64,000 bases of DNA from an uncultured Verrucomicrobiae bacterium (GTDB lineage Bacteria > Verrucomicrobiota > Verrucomicrobiia > Chthoniobacterales > UBA10450), in contig CAVSDR010000004.1 in assembly GCA_963726745.1 (NCBI GenBank), positions 160,001 to 224,000 of the forward strand. The letters run 5' to 3'. The translations under genes were made by a program, and so were the position numbers. The stretch's first letter is position 1. Every line of letters begins with the position of its first letter. Of the stretch, positions 19,675 through 31,268 are shown in pieces. The notes beneath the pieces are model-generated. The model made no database searches and had not been told where the DNA came from. It saw only the letters and a list, made by a program, of their open reading frames with translations.

Positions 19675-20812
19675 ATGAAAGCGCTCCTCGCCCTCGAAGA
19701 TGGACGAATTTTCCACGGCGAGGCCTTCGGCGACGCCGGCGACCGTCGTGGGCGAAATTTGCTTCAATACCTCCATGACTGGCTACCAGGAGGTGCTGAC
19801 CGATCCCTCCTATCGCGGCCAGATCGTGGCCATGACCTATCCGCACATCGGAAACTACGGGACGAACGCGCTCGACCAGGAGAGCGCCCGGCCGCACGTG
19901 CGCGGTTTCGTGATCGAGGAATTAAGCGACATCCCGAGTTCGTGGCGCTCGGAGCGATCGCTCGAGGATTACCTGCGGCATTGGAAAATTCCCGGTGTGC
20001 AAGGGATCGACACCCGCGCCCTGACCCGACACCTGCGCGAGCGTGGCGCGATGAAAGCCTGCCTAACGAGTGAAGCAATCAGCGACGAGGAAGCAGTGGC
20101 GCGCGCGGCGGAGGGCGCGGGCGTGATCGGGATGGATTACGTGCAGGAAGTGACCGCGACCTCGCCTTATCGCTGGGATCCGGAGGACACGGCCAGCCGG
20201 GTGTGGGGCACGGAAGACGAGCGGATGCAGCTCCCGCCGGTGCGCCACCAAATTGTCGCCTACGATTACGGGATCAAAGAAAACATCCTTCGGCGCCTGC
20301 GGCAGGAAGGGTTTGGCGTGACCGTGGTGCCGGCGCAGACGACCGCGGAGGAAGTGCTCGCGCTGCAGCCCGACGGCGTGTTCCTCTCGAATGGCCCGGG
20401 CGATCCGAGCGCGCTCCCGTATGCGCATGAGGCGGTGCGCGGCTTGATGGGCAAGACCCCGATCTTCGGCATCTGCCTTGGGCATCAGGTGCTCGGCTAC
20501 GCGTTTGGCGGCCGCACTTTTAAACTCAAGTTCGGGCATCGCGGGGGGAACCAACCCGTGAAAGACCTGCGTAGCGGGAAGGTCGCGATCACCTCGCAGA
20601 ATCACGGCTTCGCGGTCGACCCGGAATCGCTTCCGCCGGAAGTCGAGGTCACGCATGTGAACTTGAACGACGGCACCGTCGAGGGCATGCGGCACAAGGA
20701 GCTGCCGGTGTTTAGCGTGCAATATCATCCCGAGGCCGCGCCCGGCCCACATGATGCCGGCTATTTTTTTGCGCAGTTCGCCGAGTTGATCGACCGCCAA
20801 AAAAAGCCCTAA
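19675..20812 (+). CDS. carA: Carbamoyl-phosphate synthase small subunit (apparent +1 frameshift near 19733)
   Basis: [19 protein letters not shown] from 19675, joined across one extra base to [34 protein letters not shown]. Confidence 0.95.
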
Positions 20813-21519
20813 CGAGTCCGCAACTCCACGACCTCGCGGAACATCCGCAAGCTGTCGCGGGCGAAGCTGACCTTGCTGCCGTCGTGGTGATTCCAGCGCA
20901 CCGGGATCTCGCGCAGCCGCAAGCCGGCGGCCTGCGCCAGGTAGAGCCATTCGACGTCGAAGCTGAAGCCGTCGTGGCGCGATTGCTCCAGCACCGGCCG
21001 GAATGCCTCCATCCCAAAGGCCTTGAAGCCGCATTGCGTGTCCCAAAACGGCAGGCCGGTCCCGAGGCGCACGAGTAAATTGAAGACGCGCCCTCCCTGC
21101 TCGCGATGCCACGCCTGCCGCTGGCCGATGAGCCGCCGGTCGAGCGCGCGCGAGCCGAAAGCGATGTCTATTTCCCCGGCGTTAATCGGGTCGAGAAGCT
21201 TGGGCGCTTCCTCGATCGGCGTGGAGAGATCGGCGTCGCTGAAGAGCGCCACCGGCCGCGTGGCCGCGAGCAAGCCATCGCGCACGGCGGCGCCTTTGCC
21301 GCGGTTTGGTTGGTGGAACAGGAGCCGCGTCTCGCAAGCGGCGCCGGTAAAGACTTCGCGCACGACCGCGCTGGTGGCATCGGGCGAGCCGTCGTCGACC
21401 ACGATGACCTCGCTGCCCGGGCTTTCGCGCTCGAGGTAGGCCAGCACTTCGCGCAGCGTCTGGCCGATGCGCGCCGCTTCGTTGTACGCGGGAATGACGA
21501 GGCTGAAGGGCGGGAGCAT
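20809..21519 (-). CDS. GT2 glycosyltransferase (dolichyl/polyprenyl-phosphate glucosyltransferase-like)
   Basis: VIPAYNE, VVDDGS, NRGKG, DADLS, DTQCGFK, FDVE. Confidence 0.9.
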   Translation of the reverse strand: MLPPFSLVIPAYNEAARIGQTLREVLAYLERESPGSEVIVVDDGSPDATSAVVREVFTGAACETRLLFHQPNRGKGAAVRDGLLAATRPVALFSDADLSTPIEEAPKLLDPINAGEIDIAFGSRALDRRLIGQRQAWHREQGGRVFNLLVRLGTGLPFWDTQCGFKAFGMEAFRPVLEQSRHDGFSFDVEWLYLAQAAGLRLREIPVRWNHHDGSKVSFARDSLRMFREVVELRTR

Positions 21520-21534
21520 GCGCAGCGGCGCGGT

Positions 21535-22371
21535 CTAACGAGCGGTCGGTGGAGGCGTGGCCGGCGTGGTGCCGGTGGTGTCGCCGCCGAGAATGACGGG
21601 CAAGCCGTCCTTGCCGTTGCCGATGATGATGACCTTCGAGTTCCCGCTGAGCGCGAGTTCCTTGGTCGCCTCGATTCCTTTCCACTTCAGGAGATTTTCG
21701 TTGATCCCGTCGGTCACGATCTTTTGGAAACTGGAGATGCCCTCGGCCTCGATCGTCTTGCGCTCGGCTTCCTGTTTTTCCTTCAGGAGGACGAACTGCA
21801 TCCGCGAGGCTTCCTGCTCCGCGCTCAGCTTTTCCTGGATCGCCTGCTGGAGGCGCAGCGGCAGGGCGACATCGCGCAGGAGCACCCGCTCCACCGTGAC
21901 CCCGCGCGGCTCGATCGCGCCCACGATTTGGCGGGTGAGATCGCTGCTCATCCGCTCGCGCTCGGAGGAGTAGAGCGCTTTCGCCTCGTAAGAGCTGGTC
22001 GTCTCGCGGACTGCGCTGCGGACGTTGGGCCCCACGAGGACCTCGTCGTAGTTCAGCCCGACACTGCGATAAAGCTCCGGCGCCTTCTCGGGATCGAGAT
22101 GGAAAAGCACGCTGATGTCGAGATGCACCACCAGGCCCTCGCTTGAAGGCGTGTCCATCGCTTCCTTCACTTCGCGCGTTTGCACCGACATCCGATGCAC
22201 TCCGGCCAGCGGATTGATCAGGTGAAAACCGGCCGGCAACGCCTGCGGATAGACGCGCCCGAAAAGATCGACCACGCCCACGTGGCCTGCAGGAATCACG
22301 CGCGCCGAGCGAAACAACAACAGCCCGACGAGCGCCAAGAGGAAGAGGAAGGCCGTCGATTTCGGTTTCAC
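21535..22371 (-). CDS. SPFH/prohibitin-family membrane protein
   Basis: N-terminal TM, IPAGHVGV, VLLRDV.LP, AIQEK..AEQEA coiled coil. Confidence 0.88.
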   Translation of the reverse strand: MKPKSTAFLFLLALVGLLLFRSARVIPAGHVGVVDLFGRVYPQALPAGFHLINPLAGVHRMSVQTREVKEAMDTPSSEGLVVHLDISVLFHLDPEKAPELYRSVGLNYDEVLVGPNVRSAVRETTSSYEAKALYSSERERMSSDLTRQIVGAIEPRGVTVERVLLRDVALPLRLQQAIQEKLSAEQEASRMQFVLLKEKQEAERKTIEAEGISSFQKIVTDGINENLLKWKGIEATKELALSGNSKVIIIGNGKDGLPVILGGDTTGTTPATPPPTAR

Positions 22372-22477
22372 GGCGGCAGTCTACGGCCACCGCTGCGGGT
22401 GTCGAAATTTTTCGCGGCGCCGCGCCGGCCAGTTTCCCCTTTCCCGCCGGAGCAACTAAGGCAACTTCTCCGAGCGC

Positions 22478-23329
22478 ATGGCCGAGGCAGAGCACATCGA
22501 TCCCGAGAACGTCCCCATCCCGACCAATCCCGTGGTCGTGGTCCAGGGCGTGGGCGCGCTCGGCCGCAGCTTCCTGCACCAGATCGGGAGCATGTTCTGG
22601 TTCCTGATCAACACGGTCACGGAGACGGCCGACAACGTTCGCCGCGGCCGCGCGCCGTTCCGCGCCTCGAGCTTTTTCCGGCACACCGAACGCGCCGGCG
22701 TCGGCTCGGTGCCGCTGGTCGCGATGGTTTCGTTTTTCCTCGGGCTAACGATGGCGCTGCTAACTGGCTACCAGTTGCAACGTTTCGGCACCGAGCGGCT
22801 GGTGCCGGGGCTGGTGGCGATCGCGTTTACCCGCGAGCTCGGGCCGTTGCTCACCGGGATCATGCTCGCGGCGCGCATCGGTGCGGCTTTCACCGCGGAG
22901 CTCGGGACGATGCAGGTCTCGGAGGAAGTGGAAGCGATCGAGGCCATGGGCATCAGCCCGCTGCGTTTTCTGGTCGCGCCGCGCTTGCTCGCGCTCTTCG
23001 CGCTCATGCCCTGCCTCTCGATCATTTCCAGCCTGGCGGCAATTCTTGCGACCTCGCTGATCTCGCGCGCGTATTTCAACATCGCTTTCGTCTACTTCAA
23101 CGACCTTGTGCTCCACAGCCTGCTCATCCGCGACATCATTACCGGCGTGCTCAAGAGCTTCCTCTTCGGCTTGCTCATCGGCGCGATCGCCTGCTTCCGC
23201 GGCTTGAACGTCAAGGGCGGTGCCGCTGGCGTGGGCAGCTCCACCACCTCGAGCGTGGTCTCGGCGATCACCGCGGTGATCGCGTTCGATACCCTTTTCA
23301 ACGTCGTCTACGTGGTCTTCTTCCCGTGA
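22478..23329 (+). CDS. mlaE: MlaE-family ABC permease
   Basis: RELGPLLTG, AELGTM.VSEE..A...MG signature. Confidence 0.92.
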   Translation: MAEAEHIDPENVPIPTNPVVVVQGVGALGRSFLHQIGSMFWFLINTVTETADNVRRGRAPFRASSFFRHTERAGVGSVPLVAMVSFFLGLTMALLTGYQLQRFGTERLVPGLVAIAFTRELGPLLTGIMLAARIGAAFTAELGTMQVSEEVEAIEAMGISPLRFLVAPRLLALFALMPCLSIISSLAAILATSLISRAYFNIAFVYFNDLVLHSLLIRDIITGVLKSFLFGLLIGAIACFRGLNVKGGAAGVGSSTTSSVVSAITAVIAFDTLFNVVYVVFFP

Positions 23330-24129
23330 ACTTGCCGGCTAACGACAACCGCATCCCGCCGATCGTCGAGCTGCGCGACGTGGCGTTGCACTTCGAGAGC
23401 AAACGCGTGCTCGACGGCGTCTCGCTGCGGGTGGAACCGCTCGATCGCCTGGTGGTCATGGGCCAGAGCGGGAGCGGCAAAAGCACCCTCCTGCGCCTGG
23501 TTCTCGGGATTCTCTGGCCGACCAGCGGGCAGATTTTCTTTAAACAATTCGAGGTCTCGCGGCTCTCGCGCCGGAAGCTGCAAAAGATCCGCACGCAGAT
23601 CGGCATGGTCTACCAATACTCCGCGCTCCTGAGCTCGCGGAACGTGCGCGACAACGTCGCCCTCCCGCTCGAGGAATTAACCCGCAAGACCCGCGGCGAG
23701 ATCGAGGAAATCGTCGATGCCAAACTCGACCTCGTGGGCATGAGCGGGGTGAAACACCAGATGCCCTCGGAATTAAGCGGCGGGATGCGCAAACGCATCA
23801 GCCTGGCGCGCGCGCTTGTGATGGAGCCGGAGCTGATTCTCTTCGACGAACCCTCGGCCGGCCTCGACCCGGTGATCAGCTCGGTGATCGACGAGTTGAT
23901 CATCAGCCTGAGCGAGCAATCGAAAGTCACCTCGATCATCGTGACCCACGAGATGGACAGCGCTTTCCGCATTGGCACGAAAATGGCCATGCTTTACCAC
24001 GGCAAGATCATCGAGATGGCCGAGACGGAAGCTTTTAAAAATTCACAAAACCCGGTCGTGCGGCAGTTCCTCAGTGGGAGCACGGAAGGACCGATTCTGG
24101 AAGGAACCCGAGATGCAATTGCGACGTAA
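23326..24129 (+). CDS. mlaF: MlaF-family ABC ATP-binding protein
   Basis: GTG start overlapping the mlaE stop; GQSGSGKST, LSGGMRKR, DEPSAGLDP, VTH. Confidence 0.92.
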   Translation: MNLPANDNRIPPIVELRDVALHFESKRVLDGVSLRVEPLDRLVVMGQSGSGKSTLLRLVLGILWPTSGQIFFKQFEVSRLSRRKLQKIRTQIGMVYQYSALLSSRNVRDNVALPLEELTRKTRGEIEEIVDAKLDLVGMSGVKHQMPSELSGGMRKRISLARALVMEPELILFDEPSAGLDPVISSVIDELIISLSEQSKVTSIIVTHEMDSAFRIGTKMAMLYHGKIIEMAETEAFKNSQNPVVRQFLSGSTEGPILEGTRDAIAT

Positions 24130-25178
24130 CGAAATCCTCACCGGCCTGCTGGTGCTGGCCACCGTGGCCGTGCTCACCGGCGTGCTCATCCTCCTGGGCG
24201 CGCCTGGCCTGTTCAAACCGCTGGTGAAATACGAGATCTATTTCGACAACGCCGCGGGCATCAAATTGGGCGCGCCGGTGCTCCTCGCGGGCCGCAAGAT
24301 TGGGCAGGTCGAGAGCCTTTACTCGCCGCTCTCGAAGGAGGAGGAAGCGCGCGCCCGCGCCGCGGCCAACCGCGGCCGCATTCCGGTGCAGCCGGCGAAG
24401 GAAGACGGCCAGCCGTCGGAAGCGAAGTTCGAAGCGCGGGTCAACGTGCGCGTCGACAAAAGCGCCGTGGTCTACAAGGACGCGCGCGCGCGCCTGATCA
24501 CGCTTGGCTTGCTGGGCGAAACCGCAGTCGACTTTACCGAAGGCAACATCGACGCCGGGCTGGCGGAGAACGGACAACCCTTTGCGGGCGAACGCGTGCC
24601 CGATTTCGGCGAAGCCATCGCCAAGATGCTCGACATCATCCAGCCCGGTGGCCAAGGAAGCGACCGGCACCTTGAAGGAGCTGCAAACGACCGCGCAAAA
24701 CCTGAGCAAGATCACCGACGAACAGTCGCAGTTAAACATGGCCCTCGCGCAGATGCGCACCTTTGCCGAGAATCTCACCAGCATGACCGCGTCCGACAGC
24801 GCCCTGCAACTCGCGCTCAAGAATGTGGAGACGATCAGCACCAACTTGAGCAAGCTCACGACCGATATCTCGAGCAACAACAACATCGAGATCACGCTGC
24901 AAAACTTCCGCGATTCCTCCGAGAAATTGAAATCGGCGCTGAACGAGCTCACGCCGGATCTGCAGGCCACCGGGACCAACGTGAAGGAACTGACCGACAC
25001 CGTGAAACGCCAGCCGTGGCGGCTCGTGTGGCCCAGCACGAAGGCGTATCCGCAAGACCAGCCGCAAAGCGGCGACACTATCACCGTGCGAAAGTCGACT
25101 CGCTCACGCAGCAGCAGCAAACAGGAAAAACAGCCGGCAAAGCGTGTTCCGCGCGGAGTGCTCTACCAGGGCGAATAG
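24113..25178 (+). CDS. mlaD: MlaD/MCE-family protein (apparent +1 frameshift near 24645)
   Basis: TM, F.NAAGI..GAPV..AG..IGQV, GLLGE. The helical tail continues in the 24504..25178 frame. Confidence 0.85.
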
Positions 25179-25187
25179 TCAGCAAGC

Positions 25188-26306
25188 TCAGGCCGCTTTT
25201 TGCGCACTGCTCAGGCGTTCCTCGAGGAAATTCATCACCGCGACTTCGACGCTCCGCAGGTCCGGTGCGTTCTGCGCCAGCGCCTGGTCGGCCTTGCGCT
25301 TGAGCCCCTCGATCGTCCCGCCACGCAGGTAATTCTCGAAGATCTCCGGGTGCACGTAGCACTTCCGGCACACTGCCGGGGTGTTACCCAGCACTTTCGC
25401 CACCGCGGCCACGGCTTGCTTGATGTTCTTTTTCGCGGCCGCCTTCGTTTCGGACGCTTCGAGCGCGTTCAAGGCCACCGCCGCGAGCACCGTGCCCGCC
25501 CAGGTGCGAAAATCCTTCGCGGTAAATTCGCCGCCGGCGATCTCGCGCAGGTAGTCGTTCACGTCCTGCGAATCGATGTGCCGCGCCTCGCCCTCGTCGT
25601 CCACGTAGCCGAAAAGCTCCTGGCCCGGGAGCTCCTGCGCTTTCTTTACGATCCGCGCGAGCCGGCGGTCAGCCAGTTCCATCTGGTGGGTCACGCCGCT
25701 CTTGCCGCGAAACTTGAACGTCACTTTCGCGCCCTTCACGGCGGCGTGCTTGTTCCGCATGGTCGTTAGGCCATAGGACTTGTTTTCGCGCGCATACTCT
25801 TCGTTGCCGATGCGGATGAAGGTGCGCTCCATAATCGAGACGATCGTCGCGAGAACCTTGTTTTTCGGCAGGCCGGGCAACTCCAGGTCGGCCTGAACTC
25901 GCCGTCTAATTTTTGGGAGCGCCGCGCCGAACGCGAGCATCTTGTCGTATTTCGATTCGTCGCGCTGCTGGCGGAATTTCTCGTGATAGCGGTATTGCTT
26001 CCGCCCGCGGGCGTCGCGACCGGTGGCCTGGAGGTGGCCGTTAGGCGACGGGCAAATCCAGACGTCGGTGTAAGCCGGAGGCACCGCCAGCCGGCGACAC
26101 CGCAGAACCTTTCCTTCGTCGGTAATCAGCTTGCCGTGGGTGTCGTAAAATTCCCAGTCGTCGCCCTTTTTCTTGCGAGTGTAACCGGGGTGATCGTCGC
26201 TCACATAACGCAGCCCGGCTTCCTCCGCGGCCGCCTCCGGATCGAGGACCACACCCTCGAGCGACCCCGCTTTTCCATTCCCGTTCGCCGACCCTTTTCC
26301 AGCCAT
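25188..26306 (-). CDS. Bacterial (poxvirus-like) DNA topoisomerase IB
   Basis: GRKQYRYH, RIGNEEY, SYGLTT, FRGKSG, KDFRTW, LGNTPAVCRKCY (catalytic Tyr). Confidence 0.93.
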   Translation of the reverse strand: MAGKGSANGNGKAGSLEGVVLDPEAAAEEAGLRYVSDDHPGYTRKKKGDDWEFYDTHGKLITDEGKVLRCRRLAVPPAYTDVWICPSPNGHLQATGRDARGRKQYRYHEKFRQQRDESKYDKMLAFGAALPKIRRRVQADLELPGLPKNKVLATIVSIMERTFIRIGNEEYARENKSYGLTTMRNKHAAVKGAKVTFKFRGKSGVTHQMELADRRLARIVKKAQELPGQELFGYVDDEGEARHIDSQDVNDYLREIAGGEFTAKDFRTWAGTVLAAVALNALEASETKAAAKKNIKQAVAAVAKVLGNTPAVCRKCYVHPEIFENYLRGGTIEGLKRKADQALAQNAPDLRSVEVAVMNFLEERLSSAQKAA

Positions 26307-26375
26307 GAAAACAGATACGTGCGCAACCGGCGAAAAGGCTGCACTGCGCTTCCTGAGCGCCTCGCTTGCCCCGAG

Positions 26376-26816
26376 CTACGCGCCGTAGCTCTTGGTGAAT
26401 TTCTTGCGCGACTCGCCTTCGCTTGGGGAAGGCGCGGCCGGATCGCTCGCGCTTGGAGACGGCGCGTTCTCGGCGGGCGCGGAAGATTTCGGAGCCTCGC
26501 TGGAGCTGGAGGGAGCTGGGCGGCTGCCGCCTTTCTGCTCCTGCGAAACCTCCACGAAGACCATTTGCAAATTAGCCAGCGCATTGCGCAGGACGGTGGC
26601 CTCTTCGTTGCTCAAGTTGCCGCGGGTCTTTTCCTGAATCATCGCCAGCTGATCGATGAACATCTTCGCGAACTCGAGGTTCACCTCGCCCTCGCCGGTC
26701 TGCGGGTTCGGGATTTGCCCGAGGAAAAGGGCCGCGTTCTGCGCGTGCATCATCACGAATTCGATGAAGCGCTGCGCCATCTCGCCGCTTTGGGTGGTGG
26801 TTTGAACTTCGGCCAT
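26376..26816 (-). CDS. DUF1844-like protein with low-complexity C-terminal tail
   Basis: LGQIPNP.TG....NL..AK..ID.L..IQEKTRGNL..EE signature; start MAEVQ at 26816. Confidence 0.8.
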   Translation of the reverse strand: MAEVQTTTQSGEMAQRFIEFVMMHAQNAALFLGQIPNPQTGEGEVNLEFAKMFIDQLAMIQEKTRGNLSNEEATVLRNALANLQMVFVEVSQEQKGGSRPAPSSSSEAPKSSAPAENAPSPSASDPAAPSPSEGESRKKFTKSYGA

Positions 26817-26817
26817 A

Positions 26818-29404
26818 TTAGTTTTCTCCCTGCGTCTGCGGCCGCACGGTCGCGAGGACATACGGTTGCGCAAAATATTTCGCGGCCACACGCCGCACCT
26901 CCGCGGCCGTGACCGCCTCGACTTCCGCTTCCAGCTTTCGGTAATGATCAAACCCGATCCCGTAGAGCTCATCAAGCGCGCTCATGTAGCCGAGGCTGTC
27001 ATTGCTTTGATTTGAGATCTGCTGCTGGCCGATGAGTTTTTTCTTCGCGCGGACGAGTTCTTCATCAGTCAGGCCCTCGCGCGCGAGCTGGCCGATCTCC
27101 TCGAGCAGGGCCTGCTTCACGGCCGGGACTTTCTGCGGATCGGTCCCTAAATAGAAGGCAAACATGCCAGGCACCAGTCCCTGCAATTGCGTGGAGCCGA
27201 CGTAATAAGCCAGCCCCATCTCCTCACGGATGCGGATGAAAAAACGCGAGCCCAGGTCGCTGCTCGCTTCATCGATCAACTCGAGCGCTGCGCGGTCCGG
27301 GCTGAACATGTCCGCGCTGCGGAAGCCCACCATGAGCACCGCCTGCTCCTTCTCGCGCAAGCTGCCAACTTCCGCCATGGCGGCGATCGGCCTGCTCGCA
27401 GCTACCTGCTCGAGCGCGAGCGCGCCCGGGCGCATCGTCGCGAGAACTTGCTCGAAAAGCTCCCGCACTTCCGCCGCTTTCACATTGCCGAAGACCGAGA
27501 GCACACCGTTCCGCGCGACCACATGGCGATCGCGAAAGGCGACCAACTCTGTGCGCGCGAGCTTTTGCACCGCCTCAGCAGAACCCTTCCCGCGCAAGGA
27601 ATAGGGATGGTCCCGGAAGAGCGCCTGCGCGCACGAGATTGCGCGCGACCGCAGTGAGGTGTTCCTCCTCTTCCTTAATGAGCGCGAGCTGCACTTCCCT
27701 TTCGCGCACGATCGCTTCCTCCGGGAAGTTCGCGTTCAGGAGAACATCGGCGAGTAATTCGCCGGCCTGGCGGAGATCGGGCTGGGTGACCTCGAGAGAA
27801 ATGCAGAAGCTGTTGTTGCCGGAATCGCTTCCCAAGTGGCCGCCTATTTCCTCGACCTCGTTGGCAATTTGCTCGGCCGTGCGCGTGGTCGTGCCCTTGA
27901 GCAGCACCTTCGCCATCAGGCGCGTGATTCCATTCGTCTCCGGCGTTTCCGCGAGCAGTCCGCCGCGGAAAACCGCGGTCATCGAAACCAGCGGCAGGCG
28001 CGCATCCTCCCGCACGAGCAGGCGCAGGCCGTTGCTCAACTCCAGCTTTTGAATCTCGCCCGCGGTGATCGTTTTTCCCGGCGAGATTGGTGCCGCGAAC
28101 GCCGCCTTCGGGTTGAGCGAAATGACCGTGAGATTGCCCGGGGTGAGATACTGCCGGGCGACGCGCTGGATGTCCTCCGCGGTCACCTGCTGCACGTCCT
28201 CGAGGTAGTCGCGGGTGAAATTGAGATTGCGCGTGAGGAACCAGCTCGAGCCGAGATCGGAGGCCTGCCCGCGCATCGTCGTGAGCGTGGCGAGGTGCTG
28301 GCTGAGCGACATCTTGCGCGCTTTTTTCAACTCCGCCGCGGTCACACCACTTTCCTGGATTTCCGCGACAATCTGCAGGATCAACGCCTGCGCCTCGATC
28401 CGCTTTTCCGGTTCGGTGGCCGCATCGATCCCGAGCAAGCCCGCGTAGCCCGGCGTGTAGGAATAAGCGGAAACGCCGTAAGCCAGGCCTGCTTCTTCAC
28501 GCACCCGGCGGTAGAGCCGTGAACTGCGGCCATCACCCAGGATGGTGGACAAAAGATCGAGCGCGGGGACGTCGGGATGCGTCAGCTCCGGCACATGCCA
28601 GGCTAACGAGAGCCGGGTCAGCTCGGTGTTAAATTCCTGGTGAACCTCACGCGTCCCGAGCTGGATCGGCTCCTCGGGAATGAAGAGCGGCGGCAGGGAG
28701 CGCGCTGGGTATTCCGCAAAAAATTCCTCGAGCTGCGCGCGCACTGCTCGCGTATCGACATCGCCCACGATCACAAAGGTGAGATTGTTCGGCACGTAGC
28801 GCCGGCGGTAATAGGCGACCACTTGTTCCTGCGTGAGCTGGTTGAAGAGATCGAGCCAGCCGATCACCGGCAGCCGATAAGGATGCCGTTGGTAAGCGGT
28901 CGCGAAAAGTAGCTGCCCGGCCATGCGATCGGGATCGTCAAAGCCCATCGCAAACTCGCGCCGGATGACTTCCTGCTCCTTATCGTATTCCTCCTTCGGC
29001 AGGGTGGAATTCATCATCGCGTCGGCTAAAACGTCGATCGCCTCCGGCACGCCGGCTTTCGGCACATCGATCCAATACACCGTGCGGTCGAACGAAGTGT
29101 AGGCGTTGATGTAGCCGCCCACGTCCTGCACCGCCTGCGCGATTTCATTCGCGCCGCGCCGCTTCGTTCCCTTGAAAAGCATGTGCTCCAGGATGTGCGA
29201 AAGCCCCGCTCCGAGCTGCTCGCCCTCGTCGATGCTGCCGGTGCCGCACCACGCCTGCACGCTCGCGACGGGCGCGCTGTGGTCCTCCTGCACGATGATC
29301 GTAAGCCCGTTGACCAGGGTCCATTGCTCCGCGGAATTCGGCGGGAAAGTGATCGCCGCGCCTTGCGTGGGCGGAATGGTTTTCAGCTGAGCCGTCTCGT
29401 GCAT
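26818..29404 (-). CDS. M16 (pitrilysin/insulinase) zinc protease, two-lobe fusion (apparent +1 frameshift near 27630)
   Basis: HILEH (HxxEH), NAYTSFDRT, SSRLY..VRE, second lobe LSNGLR, C-terminal part in the 26818..27597 frame. Start position uncertain. Confidence 0.9.
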
Positions 29405-29442
29405 ATCGATGGAAAATGGCGCCAGCCGGGGCGCGGGCCGCA

Positions 29443-29881
29443 TCATGAGGCCTTTGGCGCGGGCAGCGCCGGCGGCACGGTTTTCGAGGCGGGCCTCGCC
29501 TCGGGCGCGAATGGCTTCACGAAGACTTCGTCGAAATCGTAGACATCCTTGAAGTCCTCGATCGAGTCCTCCTCGGTCTTCCCGAAAATGCCGGCGCCGA
29601 TGAGATTGAAGACCATGTGGCCGATGTCCTCGGAGCTGCGGATGCCCCAGTAGCTGAAGACCGTGGTCACCATCGGGCCGAATTCCTTGAGCGCGTATTG
29701 CCGCACGCCCTTCGAGCAACTCCGGGCCAGCCACGTGCCGCACCGCGCCTCCCTTGATCTTCTTCTGCTGCTTCGTGGTGTAATCCAGCGAGTCGCGCAG
29801 GAAGACGTAGGCCGCATGCGCATAGCGCGGATCACTGGCGGTGATAAGATCGAGAGCTTCGGCGAATCCAATTTTCTGCAT
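29443..29881 (-). CDS. Verrucomicrobia/Planctomycetes-restricted conserved protein (TIGR04138 / Minf_1886-like; apparent +1 frameshift near 29709)
   Basis: DPRY...AY.F...L..T...RHV.G.ELLEG joined to VRQYALKEFGPM...WGI...EDIG..VFNLI...KTE.DS..DF. Confidence 0.8.
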
Positions 29882-29944
29882 GGGCGTGCGTCCTGAGAGG
29901 CGCCTATGATACGCGTCCCGCGTGTTTCGGGCAACTGTCGCGCG

Positions 29945-31240
29945 CTAGAACTGCGACTCGAGCGCGTCGAGATAAACCGAGATCGCGTCGCGCCGCCGCA
30001 CCTGCCGTTCCTCCGCCGCCTCGGCTGCATGGTGATAGGCCTGGAAACTTCCGCTAAAGCTGCGCGTTTGTGTCGCCTCGTGCCAGTTCAGGTAATCCGC
30101 GATCGCGCTCATCCGCCGCACGATTTGCTCGCGGCGCGAGCGCAATTCCGCAAGGCGAGCCGGGAGGCGTTTGGGCTTTTTTTGGCGCGCGATCTCGCTG
30201 GCTATTTTCGCATACTCCGCCAGCACCGGGACAAAGAGCGGATTCGCGCGGCCGGAGAGGAGCAACAACTCGTCGACTAAATTCGACAGCGCTTTCGGCG
30301 CCGCCGGCAAGCCGGCGAATTTCGGGAATTCCTCGAGCGCGTAGCTTGCGATCGGCTTCTCGCCTTCGCGCAAATCCACTCGCAAAACCCGGAGCAATTC
30401 TCGCTCGGTCTCCTCGCAACTGAGCAGCCGATAGCGCTCGCTCGCCGCCGCCCGCGCGACCGCCAGCGCCCAGTGCTTGCGCATCGCTTCGAGATCCGCG
30501 CCTAACGAGGGAAAGTGCGCCCGCAGCTCGGCCAGCGGATCGTTTCCCGCCTGCGGCAAGTCGCCCAGATAACGCGCGAGCGCCGCCGGGCCGCCGGGCG
30601 CATCGCTGAGCAAGGTGACCAGCGCCGCGGCGTAGGCGCGATAGAGCGCACGCGACGGCGAGTCGAGCAGCTCCGGGCGTTGCCGGAGAAAATCCGCCAG
30701 CGGCAGGATGTTTCCCGAGGCCACCGGGACCGTGAGCGCGTCGGCTATTTTCCCGGAATCGTGCCCCGGCGCGAGCGCGAGCGTCCCCTCGAGGAGCCAA
30801 TCCGGCGGCTCGACATAAGCCGTGCCCGGCGGCGTGTCGGGCGCGGCGCGATACATCATCTCGAGAAAAATTGCGCGCAGGATCTCGCGTTCCACCACCG
30901 GCCCGGTGAGGTCCGCCACCAGGCTCAGGTCGAGTTGCAGTTTCAACCCAAAGCCGGTTTGGCTGAAGCTGAGCTGCGCCCGCGGAACATCCGGCAGATT
31001 TGCTTGCGGCAATTGCGCGTTGATCAGGATGGGCGTTTTCCAGGCATCGTTCTCGCCGAGCAAGCGCAGCGCGGCCGCCTTCGTCCGCTCCGCCAAATCG
31101 CAAACCGCGCCGCGCAAACGCGCATCGGGACCGTAGACGATGAACTGCCGGGAAACGCTGTAGCTCCGCGGCACCGGCGTGCTTTCGGCGTGGGTGATCG
31201 CCACCAGGAGAAGAAAAGCGATGAGCAGACGACAGTTCAT
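29945..31240 (-). CDS. Secreted hypothetical protein
   Basis: Long ORF with signal peptide from MNCRLL (31240) and a PDWLLEG segment; no confident family. Confidence 0.7.
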   Translation of the reverse strand: MNCRLLIAFLLLVAITHAESTPVPRSYSVSRQFIVYGPDARLRGAVCDLAERTKAAALRLLGENDAWKTPILINAQLPQANLPDVPRAQLSFSQTGFGLKLQLDLSLVADLTGPVVEREILRAIFLEMMYRAAPDTPPGTAYVEPPDWLLEGTLALAPGHDSGKIADALTVPVASGNILPLADFLRQRPELLDSPSRALYRAYAAALVTLLSDAPGGPAALARYLGDLPQAGNDPLAELRAHFPSLGADLEAMRKHWALAVARAAASERYRLLSCEETERELLRVLRVDLREGEKPIASYALEEFPKFAGLPAAPKALSNLVDELLLLSGRANPLFVPVLAEYAKIASEIARQKKPKRLPARLAELRSRREQIVRRMSAIADYLNWHEATQTRSFSGSFQAYHHAAEAAEERQVRRRDAISVYLDALESQF

Positions 31241-31268
31241 CCAGCGGGCGCGCGATCGCGCGGCTGAA

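Noticed and set aside
25188..26306. Integrase or mobile element
   Set aside because: Motifs match Topo IB, with no att-like repeats or compositional shift visible.
27575..29881. 768-aa fusion of the TIGR04138-like N-terminus to the M16 protease
   Set aside because: Artefact of the extra base near 29709; the small protein's own C-terminus is in the 29443..30030 frame.
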